From Acidobacteriaceae bacterium (GTDB lineage: Bacteria; Acidobacteriota; Terriglobia; Bryobacterales; Bryobacteraceae), in assembly GCA_019233375.1 (NCBI GenBank), contig JAFAMM010000480.1:1-55854 (forward strand): a DNA stretch of 55,854 nucleotides, read 5' to 3'. This document shows, one piece after another, positions 9,736 to 19,558 of this stretch. Below the pieces are notes generated by a model that had not been told where the DNA came from, ran no database searches, and was given only the letters and a program-made list of their open reading frames with translations. Every line of letters begins with the position of its first letter. Position 1 is the stretch's first letter. A program made the position numbers and the translations under genes.

Positions 9736-10122
9736 CTATTCGGCCCCCACATACTTTTGATAATCACCAGCGGACATCAATGCATTTATTTCGGCCGGAT
9801 CGGAGGCAATCGAGATTTTGATCAGCCAGGCGTCCCCGTGCGGGTCTTCGTTCAACTTCTCCGGACTCTTTGACAGCAGTTCGTTGGATTCGAGAACCTG
9901 GCCGGACACCGGCGCATATATATCGGAGACGGCTTTGACGGATTCAACAGAGCCGAAGGTGTGGCCTTTGGTGACCTGCGTGCCGGGTTGCGGCAAATCG
10001 ACGAAGACGATGTCGCCGAGCTCATGCTGCGCGTGCTCCGTGATGCCGACAGTGGCGTGATTGCCATCGAGGTGGACCCACTCGTGCTCTTTCGTGTACC
10101 TGTAAGTCTCGGGATAGCTCAT
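9736..10122 (-). CDS. gcvH: glycine cleavage system H protein
   Basis: This 128-aa ORF has a lipoyl-lysine motif (SVESVKAVSDIYAPVSG). Its ATG overlaps the gcvT TGA (ATGA at 10119-10122). Confidence 0.93.
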   Translation of the reverse strand: MSYPETYRYTKEHEWVHLDGNHATVGITEHAQHELGDIVFVDLPQPGTQVTKGHTFGSVESVKAVSDIYAPVSGQVLESNELLSKSPEKLNEDPHGDAWLIKISIASDPAEINALMSAGDYQKYVGAE

Positions 10123-11228
10123 GATTTTGGCCTCTTATAGAAAGGTGTGGGCACGGTGACGGCGTTCACCGGCGTGTTGCGGATAAGAATCTGGATGGGA
10201 ACGCCGGGCTGAGCAGTTTTTTCGGCCGGCAGATAACAGAGGCCGATATTTTTGTTGAGGGTTGGCGAGGGCCCGCCGCTGGTGACCCAGCCCGCAGGCC
10301 TGCCGTCGAGCAGGATCTCATAGCCGTCGCGGCCAATGCCGCGATCCCGCATTTCAAAGCCGGCCAATTTGCGGGTGATGCCAGCCGAGAGCGCGTTCTG
10401 GAGCGCGGCGCGGCCGACGAAATCGCCTTTATCCATTTTGACGATCCAGGCCAAGTCGGCTTCGAAAGGATTGATGGAATCCGTCAGCTCGTTGCCGTAG
10501 AGCGCCATTTTCGCTTCGAGCCGGAGCGTGTTGCGCGCGCCCAGACCGCATGGCTTGATGCCGAATCCGGCGCCGGAGGCAAGGATCTCATTCCAGATGC
10601 GCTCGGCTTCAGAGGGCGGAAGGTAGATTTCGAAACCATCTTCCCCGGTGTAGCCGGTGCGCGCGATGCGTGCGGGCGCGCCAGACACCTGGCCGTCTAC
10701 AAACCAGTAGTACTTGATGTCGCTTAGATTCACGGGCGTGAGTTTCTGCAGCGTGGCAAGGGCCTTCGGGCCCTGAATGGCGAATTGGGCGTAACGATCG
10801 CTGGAGAAATCAACGTGCGCGTCGAAGCGGTTGTGCGCGCGAATGTGCTCGTAATCTTTTGCCTGGTTGGACGAGTTGACACACAGGAAGAAGTGATCGG
10901 GCGCGACGCGGTGCACGAGGATGTCGTCGATAAAGCCACCATTCTCATTCAGCAGCGCTGAATAATGCGCCTGGCCGATCTTCATTTTGCCGGCGTTGTT
11001 GCTGGAGACGAAATCGGTCAGTTCAGCCGCTTGGGGGCCGTGAATGTCGATTTCGCCCATGTGGCTGACATCAAAGAGACCGGCCGCGTGCCGGACGGCG
11101 TTGTGTTCCTCGATGATTCCCGAGTACTGAACGGGCATGTTCCAGCCGCCGAAATCAACCATCTTTGCTTTCGAGGCGACGTGAACATCGAACAGCGGGG
11201 TGCGCTTCAGTTCAGAAGTTTCGGGCAT
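10119..11228 (-). CDS. gcvT: glycine cleavage system aminomethyltransferase T
   Basis: The sequence KRTPLFDVHVASKAKMVDFGGWNMPVQY and the rest of the protein are typical of GcvT. I use the ATG at 11228 (MPETSELKRTPL). The track ORF extends 39 Arg/Pro-rich codons further, to 11345. Confidence 0.9.
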   Translation of the reverse strand: MPETSELKRTPLFDVHVASKAKMVDFGGWNMPVQYSGIIEEHNAVRHAAGLFDVSHMGEIDIHGPQAAELTDFVSSNNAGKMKIGQAHYSALLNENGGFIDDILVHRVAPDHFFLCVNSSNQAKDYEHIRAHNRFDAHVDFSSDRYAQFAIQGPKALATLQKLTPVNLSDIKYYWFVDGQVSGAPARIARTGYTGEDGFEIYLPPSEAERIWNEILASGAGFGIKPCGLGARNTLRLEAKMALYGNELTDSINPFEADLAWIVKMDKGDFVGRAALQNALSAGITRKLAGFEMRDRGIGRDGYEILLDGRPAGWVTSGGPSPTLNKNIGLCYLPAEKTAQPGVPIQILIRNTPVNAVTVPTPFYKRPKS

Positions 11229-11372
11229 TTCGGGCGAGAAAATCTCAGCGTAACATGCAGGTTCAGGCGGCCTCCGGGTTGAATTTCGCCTAGAAAACCG
11301 TGTTAAATCCGCTCGTGGCACGCGCCGTGACGCTTGCGAAACCAATAAGTGCCGGCGCGCGTCAGCGGAAGC

Positions 11373-12374
11373 GTGAAATGGGCAGCGCTGATGTTAACGG
11401 CAGCGGCAGCCTGGTCGCAAGAGCCACAGTTCCGCACACGGGCGCGGGAAGTGGTGGTTCCGGTCTCGGTGTTGACGAAATCGGGCAAGCCAGTTGAAGG
11501 CTTGAGCGCGAATGATTTCCTGGTGTTGAGCGACGGCAAGCCGCAAGTTTCACAGATGATTTCGCGCGATTCGGATGCGCTGCCTGTCTATGCAGTCCTG
11601 GTCTTGCAGACCAGCGACTTCAGTGATGCAGCACTCCAGAAGATCAAGAAGACGGCGGCCGTGGTCAGCAGTTACATCACGAATGACATGGGGACGGGAG
11701 CGCCGAGCCAGGCGGCGGTGGTGACGGCCTCAAATGACGTCCGGGTTGTGCAGGGCTTTACGGCCGATCCCAACATTCTCGGAGATGTTTTCGCCAGGAT
11801 CTCAGGTAACGGCGACTCGGGGCGGATATTAGACGGCGTCAGTTTGGCGTGTGACCTGCTAGCGCACACGGGAGAGAGTGCGCGTCGCGTCGTGGTGCTG
11901 ATCAGCGAGTCACGTGATCGCGGTAGCAAGACTCATTTCGCGGATGTCACCGAAAAAGCGCAGAAGGAGAACGTGGTGATTTACACGTTATCGTATTCGG
12001 CTTATGCGACCGCGTTTACACAGAAGCCTTCAGATCAACAGCCGCAGCCGGGCGCGCCGGGTGCGTATGATCCGAATGCGCAAGGCGGCATTCCACTGTT
12101 AGCGCTAGGAATGGAGCTGGCACGGCTGGCCAAGGTGAATGTCTCGCAGGCTTTGGCCGAGGCGACCGGCGGCGCGCATGAAAAATTCACGACGCTGCGG
12201 GGCCTGGAGGCGCAATTGAGCGCGGCGGGGACGGAGATTCACAACCGCTACACGCTCACGTTCGTGCCTACCGACCCCCAGGCGCCGGGATATCATCGCT
12301 TGTCAGTCAGCATCCAGCGGCACGGAGATTGGCGCGTGCATGCGCGCCAGGGTTATTGGGCAGACACGGAGTAA
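11373..12374 (+). CDS. secreted VWA-domain protein (acidobacterial VWFA-related, TIGR03436-like)
   Basis: The N-terminal signature is FRTRAREVVVPVSVLTKSGKPVEGLSANDFLVLSDGKPQ, followed by a VWA-like body. A GTG at 11373 gives a clean signal peptide (KWAALMLTAAAAWSQ). The track ORF starts at 11349. Confidence 0.7.
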   Translation: MKWAALMLTAAAAWSQEPQFRTRAREVVVPVSVLTKSGKPVEGLSANDFLVLSDGKPQVSQMISRDSDALPVYAVLVLQTSDFSDAALQKIKKTAAVVSSYITNDMGTGAPSQAAVVTASNDVRVVQGFTADPNILGDVFARISGNGDSGRILDGVSLACDLLAHTGESARRVVVLISESRDRGSKTHFADVTEKAQKENVVIYTLSYSAYATAFTQKPSDQQPQPGAPGAYDPNAQGGIPLLALGMELARLAKVNVSQALAEATGGAHEKFTTLRGLEAQLSAAGTEIHNRYTLTFVPTDPQAPGYHRLSVSIQRHGDWRVHARQGYWADTE

Positions 12375-12475
12375 CTGCTGGTAAGGTCCGAGTTATCCAC
12401 CCACATCATAAAAGAACTCTTCGGGATAACTGTCAGTTACCAGTCAGGAGGACTGTCCGTCGTAAAAGTGATTTC

Positions 12476-13300
12476 ATGAATTCGACACAGAAAGACAAGG
12501 CGCTACGGTTTCGCGCTCTCCACGATCGCCCGGGTGTGTTCGTGATTCCGAATCCTTGGGATATGGGTTCCGCGCGCCTGCTGGCTGGCCTCGGATTCGA
12601 GGCTTTGGCGACATCGAGCGCGGCATCTGCCGTTGCAAGTGGCAAAAGAGACGGCACACTGACGCGAGAGGAGGCATTAGCGCATGCCCGCACGATCGTG
12701 AACGCTACCGATCTGCCAGTATCTGCAGATCTAGAAAGGGGATTCGGTGATGCACCGGAAGCTGTGGCCGAAACGGTCCGGCTTGCCGCCGCGGCCGGTC
12801 TAGTGGGATGCACGATCGAGGACACGACCGGAGATCCCGCTCGCCCTCTGTACGAGCATTCACTGGCCGTGGAGCGAATTGCAGCGGCTGCGGATGCGGC
12901 GCGTTCGCTGAGCTTCCCCTTTCTTGTGACCGCGCGCGCACACAATTTCCTGTATGCCTCGCCGAGTCTTGAGGAGACGATCGCGCGGCTGCGGGCATTT
13001 GAGCAGGCTGGAGCGGACGTCCTCTTCGCGCCCGGCCTGCCCGACCTGGCCGCCGTGCGCGAAGTCTGTTCGGCCGTGTCGCGACCCTTCAACTTCATGG
13101 CGGGGATCCGGGGAAAGTCGTTTCCGGTAAGCGAACTCGGCGCCGCCGGCGTCAAGCGCATCAGCCTGGCAACTTCGCTCTATCGCGCTGCCATGACTGG
13201 CTTGTTCCAAGCTGCGCGGGCAGTGAAAGACAAGGGTCAGTTCGATTTCATTGAAGATACTCTGACCACACCCGAACTGATGGAGGTGATGCGGATATGA
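12476..13300 (+). CDS. isocitrate lyase/PEP mutase superfamily protein (2-methylisocitrate lyase-like)
   Basis: The motifs PNPWDMGSARLLAGLGFEALATSS and VGCTIEDT point to this family. The ATG at 12476 (MNSTQKDKALRF) removes an Arg-rich leader that overlaps the previous gene. Confidence 0.7.
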   Translation: MNSTQKDKALRFRALHDRPGVFVIPNPWDMGSARLLAGLGFEALATSSAASAVASGKRDGTLTREEALAHARTIVNATDLPVSADLERGFGDAPEAVAETVRLAAAAGLVGCTIEDTTGDPARPLYEHSLAVERIAAAADAARSLSFPFLVTARAHNFLYASPSLEETIARLRAFEQAGADVLFAPGLPDLAAVREVCSAVSRPFNFMAGIRGKSFPVSELGAAGVKRISLATSLYRAAMTGLFQAARAVKDKGQFDFIEDTLTTPELMEVMRI

Positions 13301-13312
13301 GCGCCAACGAGT

Positions 13313-14779
13313 TCAGGCGTTGGTTTCGGCGGTTTCGGCGGCGCCGTATTCTTTGAGCTTGTTGAAGAGGGTCTTGAGGCTGATGCCGAGAATTTCGGCT
13401 GCACGCGTTTTGTTGTTCTTGGTGTGCTGGAGCGTGACCTGAATCAGCGCCTTCTCCGCTTCACTGACGGTCGTGCCTACAGGAAGACGCACGCTATCGG
13501 GCTCGAAGACCTGCGCTGGCGGGCGCGAGCCGACGGAAACGCCGAAATCGTATGGCAGATGCATCATCTGAATGGCGCCTTCCCCGGCCATGATGACCGC
13601 GCGCTCGAGCACGTTGCGAAGCTCGCGTACATTGCCGGGCCAGGAGTATTTGCGAAATGCGTCCATGACATCCGGCGTGACGTGCGTCACGTTACAGGTG
13701 TGCTTCCGATTCAGATGTGCGATGAGCGTTTCGCAGAGCACGGGAAGATCCCCGAGGCGCTGCCGCAGCGGCGGCAGCGAAATTTGAAACACGTTGATGC
13801 GGTAATAGAGATCCTCGCGAAGATCGCCGTTTTTCAGTGCATCATCAAGGCTGCGATTCGTGGCGGCGATGACGCGAACGTCAACCGACATCTCGCTTTT
13901 GCCGCCGAGTCGGCGCACTTTTGAGTCTTCGAGAACACGCAACAGTTTGGCCTGGGTGTTCGACGGCATTTCGGCCAGTTCGTCGAGCAGCAGCGTGCCG
14001 TGCTGGGCCAGCTCGAAGCAGCCCGCGCGGCGCTCCAGCGCCCCGGTGAACGCGCCTTTCTCATGCCCGAAGAGTTCACTTTCCATGAGGGTTTCAGGCA
14101 TAGCGGCGCAGTTGATGGCAACGAACGGGCCGGCGCGCCGATTGCTGAGCTGGTGAATGGCGCGGGCAACCAGCTCTTTGCCGGTACCGCTTTCGCCGAC
14201 AACGAGGACCGCGGCCTTGCTGGGCGCGACCTGCTGAATGGTGTTGAAGACCTGCTGCATCTGCGGCGAAGTACCGACCATGTCGACAAGCACGCCCGTA
14301 TTGGCGAGCTGCCGCTGGAGGCGCTCGGTTTCTTCGGCGAGTTGGCTTTGCGAGGCGGCGCGTTCCAGGAGCACGCGAAGAGCGGCCGGCTGAATGGGCT
14401 TTTCGAGAAACCAAAATGCGCCGAGATCATGAATGGTCTGGATGGCGGTTTCTATATTGCCGAATGCGGTCAGCGCGATCGCGGGGGGCATGCCGCCATC
14501 GGAGTTCAGACGCTTCATGAGCTCGAAACCGTCCATCCGCGGCATCATCAAATCGGTGACGATGACGTTGGCCGTGAAAGTGGCGAGCTTATCGAGGGCT
14601 TCCTGCCCGTCGGCCGCGGTCTCGACATTGAAACCCCAGGCCGAAATCATGGCAGCCAAAGGCCCGCGCTGCGATTCTTCATCGTCAACGATCAAGACAT
14701 TAGTAGCTGGTCGAGCAGAGCCCTGATTTGCCACGGAGTTCAGTGTACCCGATGAGCGGAGGATCGCCGCGCGTACCAC
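13313..14779 (-). CDS. sigma-54-dependent response regulator (NtrC family: REC-AAA+-Fis HTH)
   Basis: The REC domain is marked by VLIVDDEE...DLMMPRMDG. The AAA+ domain has Walker A GESGTGKE and the GAFTGA loop (EKGAFTGA). The C-terminus has a Fis-type HTH (NKTRAAEILGISLKTLFNKLKEY). The exact start is uncertain. Confidence 0.9.
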   Translation of the reverse strand: MVRAAILRSSGTLNSVANQGSARPATNVLIVDDEESQRGPLAAMISAWGFNVETAADGQEALDKLATFTANVIVTDLMMPRMDGFELMKRLNSDGGMPPAIALTAFGNIETAIQTIHDLGAFWFLEKPIQPAALRVLLERAASQSQLAEETERLQRQLANTGVLVDMVGTSPQMQQVFNTIQQVAPSKAAVLVVGESGTGKELVARAIHQLSNRRAGPFVAINCAAMPETLMESELFGHEKGAFTGALERRAGCFELAQHGTLLLDELAEMPSNTQAKLLRVLEDSKVRRLGGKSEMSVDVRVIAATNRSLDDALKNGDLREDLYYRINVFQISLPPLRQRLGDLPVLCETLIAHLNRKHTCNVTHVTPDVMDAFRKYSWPGNVRELRNVLERAVIMAGEGAIQMMHLPYDFGVSVGSRPPAQVFEPDSVRLPVGTTVSEAEKALIQVTLQHTKNNKTRAAEILGISLKTLFNKLKEYGAAETAETNA

Positions 14780-14960
14780 ACTGCGGCTCGAACGCTCATA
14801 CTTTCCTGTTAGCGGTAGTTAGAAACTTCAGGATAATACGTTATGTACCTTACGGGATACTGCCGGATTCCCTAGCTTGGTAAGCTGTCCCAGTTTAACC
14901 TGTGGTTCTTCCGTGCTCAAGGTAAGCTAAACCTGAGTCGAACACGCACGGATAAAGCCA

Positions 14961-15155
14961 ATGTCGGAGATAAAGCGCACCCTCCGTCAGCCTGTGGATA
15001 GCGGATCAAACGAGGAGAAGCTGATGGGCGCCGGAACGCACGAGCCGCCGCCTTTTCTGCGCACGTGGAAGCGTGTCTATATTGCCGTGCTGTGCTATTT
15101 GGCCGCTTTGATTGCGGCGCTCTATGCGGTGACACAGCATTTCCGCTTTCGATGA
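14961..15155 (+). CDS. small single-TM hypothetical protein
   Basis: This 64-aa ORF ends in one hydrophobic helix (VYIAVLCYLAALIAALYAV). It lies 36 nt upstream of cutC on the same strand. No family was recognised. Confidence 0.3.
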   Translation: MSEIKRTLRQPVDSGSNEEKLMGAGTHEPPPFLRTWKRVYIAVLCYLAALIAALYAVTQHFRFR

Positions 15156-15191
15156 TCACGCTGTGACCCAATTGCTGGGCGGCAAGATAGA

Positions 15192-15884
15192 ATGCGGCTG
15201 AGCGCGATGCGGAAGTTTCTCGAGGTAATTGCCACCTCAGAAGAAGAAGCCCGGGAAGCGGAAGCTGGGGGGGCGGATCGGGTGGAACTGGTGCGTGCAT
15301 TCGGGACGGGCGGGCTGACTCCGGATGCGCACACCATCGAGCGCGTGTTGCACAGCGTGCAGATTCAGATACGCGTGATGGTACGCGAATCGGCGACGCT
15401 CGAAGCCGGCGCGGACCTGGAGCGATTATGCCAGCGAGCGCGTGAAATCGCAGCGCTGCAAGTGGATGGGCTCGTGTTCGGCTTCGCGAAGCAGGGCGCC
15501 ATCGATGTAGAAGCGACTGGGCGCGTGCTGGAAGCGGCGCCGGGCGCCAATGTCACTTTTCACAGAGCGTTCGATGACGCGGCGGATCCTTTCAGGGCGA
15601 TAGAACAACTCAAGCAGTTTCCGCAGATTGATCGCATTCTGACGAGCGGCGGAGAGGGGCCCTGGCAAGAGCGAAGGAGGCGGCTTCGGGAATGGCAGGC
15701 GGCCGCCGGCGAACGGATACGGCTGCTAGTGGCGGCGGGACTATGCCAATGCGTTTTGGCTGGATTGCGCGCGGATGACGATTTGACCGAGGTGCATGTG
15801 GGGCGGGCGGCGCGCGTGCCGAGGACAGTGGATGGGGAACTTCGGCGAGACCGGGTAGCCGCGCTCAAAAGCGCTCTCGGATGA
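15192..15884 (+). CDS. cutC: CutC family (copper homeostasis) protein
   Basis: The sequences LEVIATSEEEAREAEAGGADRVELV and NVTFHRAFD are typical of CutC TIM-barrel proteins. The start may instead be the ATG at 15207. The stop overlaps the start of the next gene (ATGA at 15881-15884). Confidence 0.8.
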   Translation: MRLSAMRKFLEVIATSEEEAREAEAGGADRVELVRAFGTGGLTPDAHTIERVLHSVQIQIRVMVRESATLEAGADLERLCQRAREIAALQVDGLVFGFAKQGAIDVEATGRVLEAAPGANVTFHRAFDDAADPFRAIEQLKQFPQIDRILTSGGEGPWQERRRRLREWQAAAGERIRLLVAAGLCQCVLAGLRADDDLTEVHVGRAARVPRTVDGELRRDRVAALKSALG

Positions 15885-17578
15885 GGCCGCTCGATTGGGC
15901 TGTTCTCTTTGCGTGGCTGATCTCGCTGGTATCGTACGGGCTGTACCGCGGACGCGGCAGTAACACCACGAACAAATATTTGCTGGCGGGCAAGACGATG
16001 CCCTGGTACGCGATGGGGCTCTCGATTCTCGCCACGCAGGCCAGTGCTATCACGTTTATCTCGACCACCGGCCAGGGTTATGTCGATGGCATGCGCTTTG
16101 TCCAGTTCTATTTCGGGCTGCCAGTCGCAATGGTGATTCTCTCGGCCACGGCTGTTCCCATTTTTCACGGCGCGCGCGTGTTCACCGCGTACGAGTATCT
16201 GGAGCAGAGGTTCGATCCGAAAACACGGGCGCTCGTGAGCATAGTGTTTCTGATCCAGCGCGGGCTGGCGGCGGGAATCGGGCTATACGCGCCGGCGGTG
16301 GCGCTGGCCGGGGTGCTTGGATTGTCGGACCGGTTGATCACCGTGGTGATCGGCGGGCTTGTCGTTTTGTATACGGCGAGCGGCGGCATCAAGGCCCTGA
16401 CGTGGGCCGACGTGCAGCAGATGACGATGATCTTCATCGCGCTGATCGTGAGCCTGCTGCTGGTGATTCATGTGCTGCCCGCGAGCATTTCGTTCCGGGA
16501 CGCGCTGAATCTGGCGGGCGCGGCGGGGCGGCTCAACATAGTCGACTTGCATCTGGACCTAAGCGATCGCTACAACCTTTGGAGCGGTCTGATTGGCGGG
16601 GCATTTCTGGCGCTGGCCTATTTTGGCTGCGATCAGAGCCAAGTGCAGCGATACCTCACCGGGAGATCCGTTGCGCAGAGCCGCCTGAGCCTGCTTTTCA
16701 ACGCGGCGGTGAAGATTCCGATGCAGCTGTTCATTTTGTTCATCGGCGCGATGGTGTTTGTTCTTTCGCTGTTTGTGCCAACACCGATGGTTTTTCAGCC
16801 GCAGGAGGCAGCGCGTGGCGCGAGGATCGCGGAGTGGAAACCAGCCCAGGAGAAATTCGAAGCGGCGTTCGCGCGCCGGCGGCAAGCGGCAGTCGAACTC
16901 GCGGCGGCGGAGCGTCCCGGAGGCAAAGAGACATCCGCGGCAGTCGCACAGTTCCGCGCGGCTGAGAGTTCCTTCAACGCGGCGCGCCGGCAAGGCTTGG
17001 GAATCATTCGCCGGCTGCATGGGGGCGAGGCGTACGACGACACGAACTACATTTTTTTGTCGTTCATCAGGGAGTTTCTGCCGGCCGGAATCGTGGGGCT
17101 GTTGATCGGAGTAATCTTTTCAGCCTCGATGGGATCGACTTCGGGGGAGATCAATTCGCTGGCGACAGTATCGGTGGTGGATCTCTACGGCCGTTTTTTC
17201 GTTCGCGGACGTTCAGACCGGCATTACCTGTGGGCATCGCGCTGGTTCACGGTATTCTGGGGTGCGTATGCGGTGGCTTTCGCGGCCATCGGCGGACGGG
17301 GATTCGGAGCGCTGATCGTCCGGGTGAATATCGTCGGTTCGTTGTTTTATGGCGGATTGCTGGGCGTATTCGTGCTGGCGTTTTTCTTTCGCGACGTGCG
17401 CGGCACAGCAGCGTTTTGTGGCGTGATCGCGGGTGAAGGGGCGATCTTTATAGCAGCGGCGTTTACCAGTATTTCGTTTCTCTGGTACAACGTAATCGGT
17501 TGCGTCGTGGTCGTCGCGACGGCGTTGACGGTGGAGGCGATCTCAAAGCCGGAATTGGTTCTTCACGACCATGGCTAG
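15881..17578 (+). CDS. sodium:solute symporter (SSF) family transporter
   Basis: This 565-aa polytopic protein has an SSF-like N-terminal region (YLLAGKTMPWYAMGLSILATQASAITFISTTGQGY) and a cytoplasmic helical insert. It is translationally coupled to cutC. Confidence 0.85.
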   Translation: MRPLDWAVLFAWLISLVSYGLYRGRGSNTTNKYLLAGKTMPWYAMGLSILATQASAITFISTTGQGYVDGMRFVQFYFGLPVAMVILSATAVPIFHGARVFTAYEYLEQRFDPKTRALVSIVFLIQRGLAAGIGLYAPAVALAGVLGLSDRLITVVIGGLVVLYTASGGIKALTWADVQQMTMIFIALIVSLLLVIHVLPASISFRDALNLAGAAGRLNIVDLHLDLSDRYNLWSGLIGGAFLALAYFGCDQSQVQRYLTGRSVAQSRLSLLFNAAVKIPMQLFILFIGAMVFVLSLFVPTPMVFQPQEAARGARIAEWKPAQEKFEAAFARRRQAAVELAAAERPGGKETSAAVAQFRAAESSFNAARRQGLGIIRRLHGGEAYDDTNYIFLSFIREFLPAGIVGLLIGVIFSASMGSTSGEINSLATVSVVDLYGRFFVRGRSDRHYLWASRWFTVFWGAYAVAFAAIGGRGFGALIVRVNIVGSLFYGGLLGVFVLAFFFRDVRGTAAFCGVIAGEGAIFIAAAFTSISFLWYNVIGCVVVVATALTVEAISKPELVLHDHG

Positions 17579-18834
17579 ACCTGCAGGGTGGCGATGTCGA
17601 CGGTCGATTGGTGCCCTTCGACGACGACGATGCCGCTCTCGGTGACGTGATATTTTTTGCGGTCCTCCTCGAGGTCGTAGCCGATTTCCGCGCCCGGTGG
17701 AACCATCACGTTCTTGTCAAGAATGGCGCGGCGGACCTTCGCGTGCCGGCCGACGTCACAGTTATCAAAGATCACTGATTCTTCGACGAACGCTCCCGTG
17801 TGGATGCGAACACCGCGGCCAAGCACGGAACAGCGCACGGCTCCGCCTGAAATGATGGAGCTCCCGGCGATGATGGAATCGACCGCGAATCCGCGGCGGC
17901 CTTCTTCATCGAAGACAAACTTGGCGGGCGCATCGAAGTAACTGGCCGTACGCAGCGGCCATTGGCGGTTGTAGAGGTTCAACTCGGGCGAGACGGCGCG
18001 CAGGTCCATGCTTGCTTCGTAATAGGCATCGAGCGTCCCAACGTCGCGCCAATACTGAGGCGAGCCGATGGGATCGCCGGGAATCACGTTCGTCTGGAAA
18101 TCGTAGGCGAACATGTCGGCGCGGCCGATCAGTCCGGGGAGTATGTCTTTGCCGAAGTCGTGCGAATTGTCGCGCTGGACGTCGGCATAGAGTTCGCGCA
18201 AGAGAAGATCAGTTGAGAACACATAATTGCCCATGGACGCGAGGACACGCGTGGGGTCTTCGGGCATGGTGGGGGCATTGGAGTTTTTTTCATGGAAGGC
18301 GATGACGTTGCCTTCCGGATTCGTTTCGAGCACGCCGAACTCGGAGGCGAGTTCCTTCTTGACGGGAATGGCGGCGATGGTGACGCCGGCACGTTTTTCG
18401 ACGTGGTATTCGATCATCTGGCGGATATTCATGCGGTAGATGTGATCCGCGCCGAAGATCGCGACGACGTGCGGGTCCGCCTGCTCGATCAGGTTAATGT
18501 TTTGGGTGATGGCATCGGCGGTACCCCGGTACCAGTCTTCCTGTGCCGAGCGCATCTGAGCGGGTACCGGGATGATGAAGTTGTTCTTGAGCAGACCGCT
18601 GACCTCCCAGCCTTCCCGGAGATGCTGGAGGAGCGACTGGCTTTTGAACTGGATCAGAACGTAGATTGAGTAGATTCCCGAGTTGATGAAGTTGCTAAGC
18701 ACGAAATCGACTATGCGGTATCGGCCGCCGAACGGCACGGCTGGTTTGGCGCGTTCTTTGGTAAGCGGGAAGAGGCGCGTCCCTTTCCCGCCGGCAAGCA
18801 CAAAACCCAGGACACGAAGCTGCATCGTGAACAA
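17575..18834 (-). CDS. glgC: glucose-1-phosphate adenylyltransferase
   Basis: The motifs VLAGGKGTRLFPLTKERAKPAVPFGG and GTADA, plus a left-handed beta-helix C-terminus, identify GlgC. It has a 4-nt convergent overlap with the symporter gene. Confidence 0.92.
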   Translation of the reverse strand: MFTMQLRVLGFVLAGGKGTRLFPLTKERAKPAVPFGGRYRIVDFVLSNFINSGIYSIYVLIQFKSQSLLQHLREGWEVSGLLKNNFIIPVPAQMRSAQEDWYRGTADAITQNINLIEQADPHVVAIFGADHIYRMNIRQMIEYHVEKRAGVTIAAIPVKKELASEFGVLETNPEGNVIAFHEKNSNAPTMPEDPTRVLASMGNYVFSTDLLLRELYADVQRDNSHDFGKDILPGLIGRADMFAYDFQTNVIPGDPIGSPQYWRDVGTLDAYYEASMDLRAVSPELNLYNRQWPLRTASYFDAPAKFVFDEEGRRGFAVDSIIAGSSIISGGAVRCSVLGRGVRIHTGAFVEESVIFDNCDVGRHAKVRRAILDKNVMVPPGAEIGYDLEEDRKKYHVTESGIVVVEGHQSTVDIATLQV

Positions 18835-18985
18835 CCTCCGGAACGTTTCAACTAAGTTTCGGTCAAAGCGCGCGCTAGTAGCGCGGGCACATCCGAGTAT
18901 ATTCCCCTCCTAGACGTATCCCGGAAGTGAGTTTTGCACGGAAATTCCGCGCCGTCACGCTAGCATGGAGCGTTGAAGGCGCCGA

Positions 18986-19558
18986 ATGACACTAGAATTG
19001 CCGGGCCATGAACGCGCAGACCGGCGCGGGAACAAGCAACGGCTTTGGCATGCCGCGGTGAGCGCGTTTCTGCTGTTTCATCTGATTGCCATTACTTGCT
19101 GGGCGGTACCGTTCAACACTCCTCTGGTCAGCGCGATTCGCACGTTCATCCGGCCTTACATGCTATGGTCCGGGCTGTTTCAATCCTGGGATACGTTCGC
19201 GCCAACGCCGCGGCAGGTGAATGCTTATGTGGAAGCGGCGGTCATTACGGCGGATGGGCGGATTCACAACTGGAAGTTTCCGCGAATGGAGCAGCTCAGC
19301 GTGACCGGGCGGTACTTCAAAGAACGGTACCGCAAATTCTCAGAGAATCTTCAGGAGCAGAGCAGCTCGGCGTTATGGCCGGACGTGGCGCGCCACCTTG
19401 CACGCATGTACAACAATCCCGCGAACCCGGCGCAGATCGTACTGCTGGTGCGTTACTGGTCGGAGATTCCGCCTCCCTCCGCAGTTCCGTATAAGCCAGG
19501 CGAGGGGAGGGCGCGCATTTTTTTTGAATATCGAGTGAAGCCCGAGGATCTGCAGTGA
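18986..19558 (+). CDS. membrane-anchored hypothetical protein, partner of the HTTM protein (DUF5819/SdpA-like position)
   Basis: This 190-aa ORF has one N-terminal TM segment (AVSAFLLFHLIAITCWAV) and the motif LFQSWDTFAPTP. Its TGA overlaps the GTG of the HTTM gene (GTGA at 19555-19558). Confidence 0.5.
   Translation: MTLELPGHERADRRGNKQRLWHAAVSAFLLFHLIAITCWAVPFNTPLVSAIRTFIRPYMLWSGLFQSWDTFAPTPRQVNAYVEAAVITADGRIHNWKFPRMEQLSVTGRYFKERYRKFSENLQEQSSSALWPDVARHLARMYNNPANPAQIVLLVRYWSEIPPPSAVPYKPGEGRARIFFEYRVKPEDLQ

Noticed and set aside
11229-11372. Glycine riboswitch upstream of gcvT
   Set aside because: I read the minus-strand leader and found none of the conserved aptamer strings (GGAGAG...ACCGAAGGGGCAA...CUCAGGCAAAAGGAC). 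The spacer is also short for a tandem aptamer.
14903-14916. Sigma54 -24/-12 promoter (TGGTTCTTCCGTGC)
   Set aside because: GG and GC are separated by 9 nt instead of 10. The flanking bases do not match TGGCAC/TTGC.
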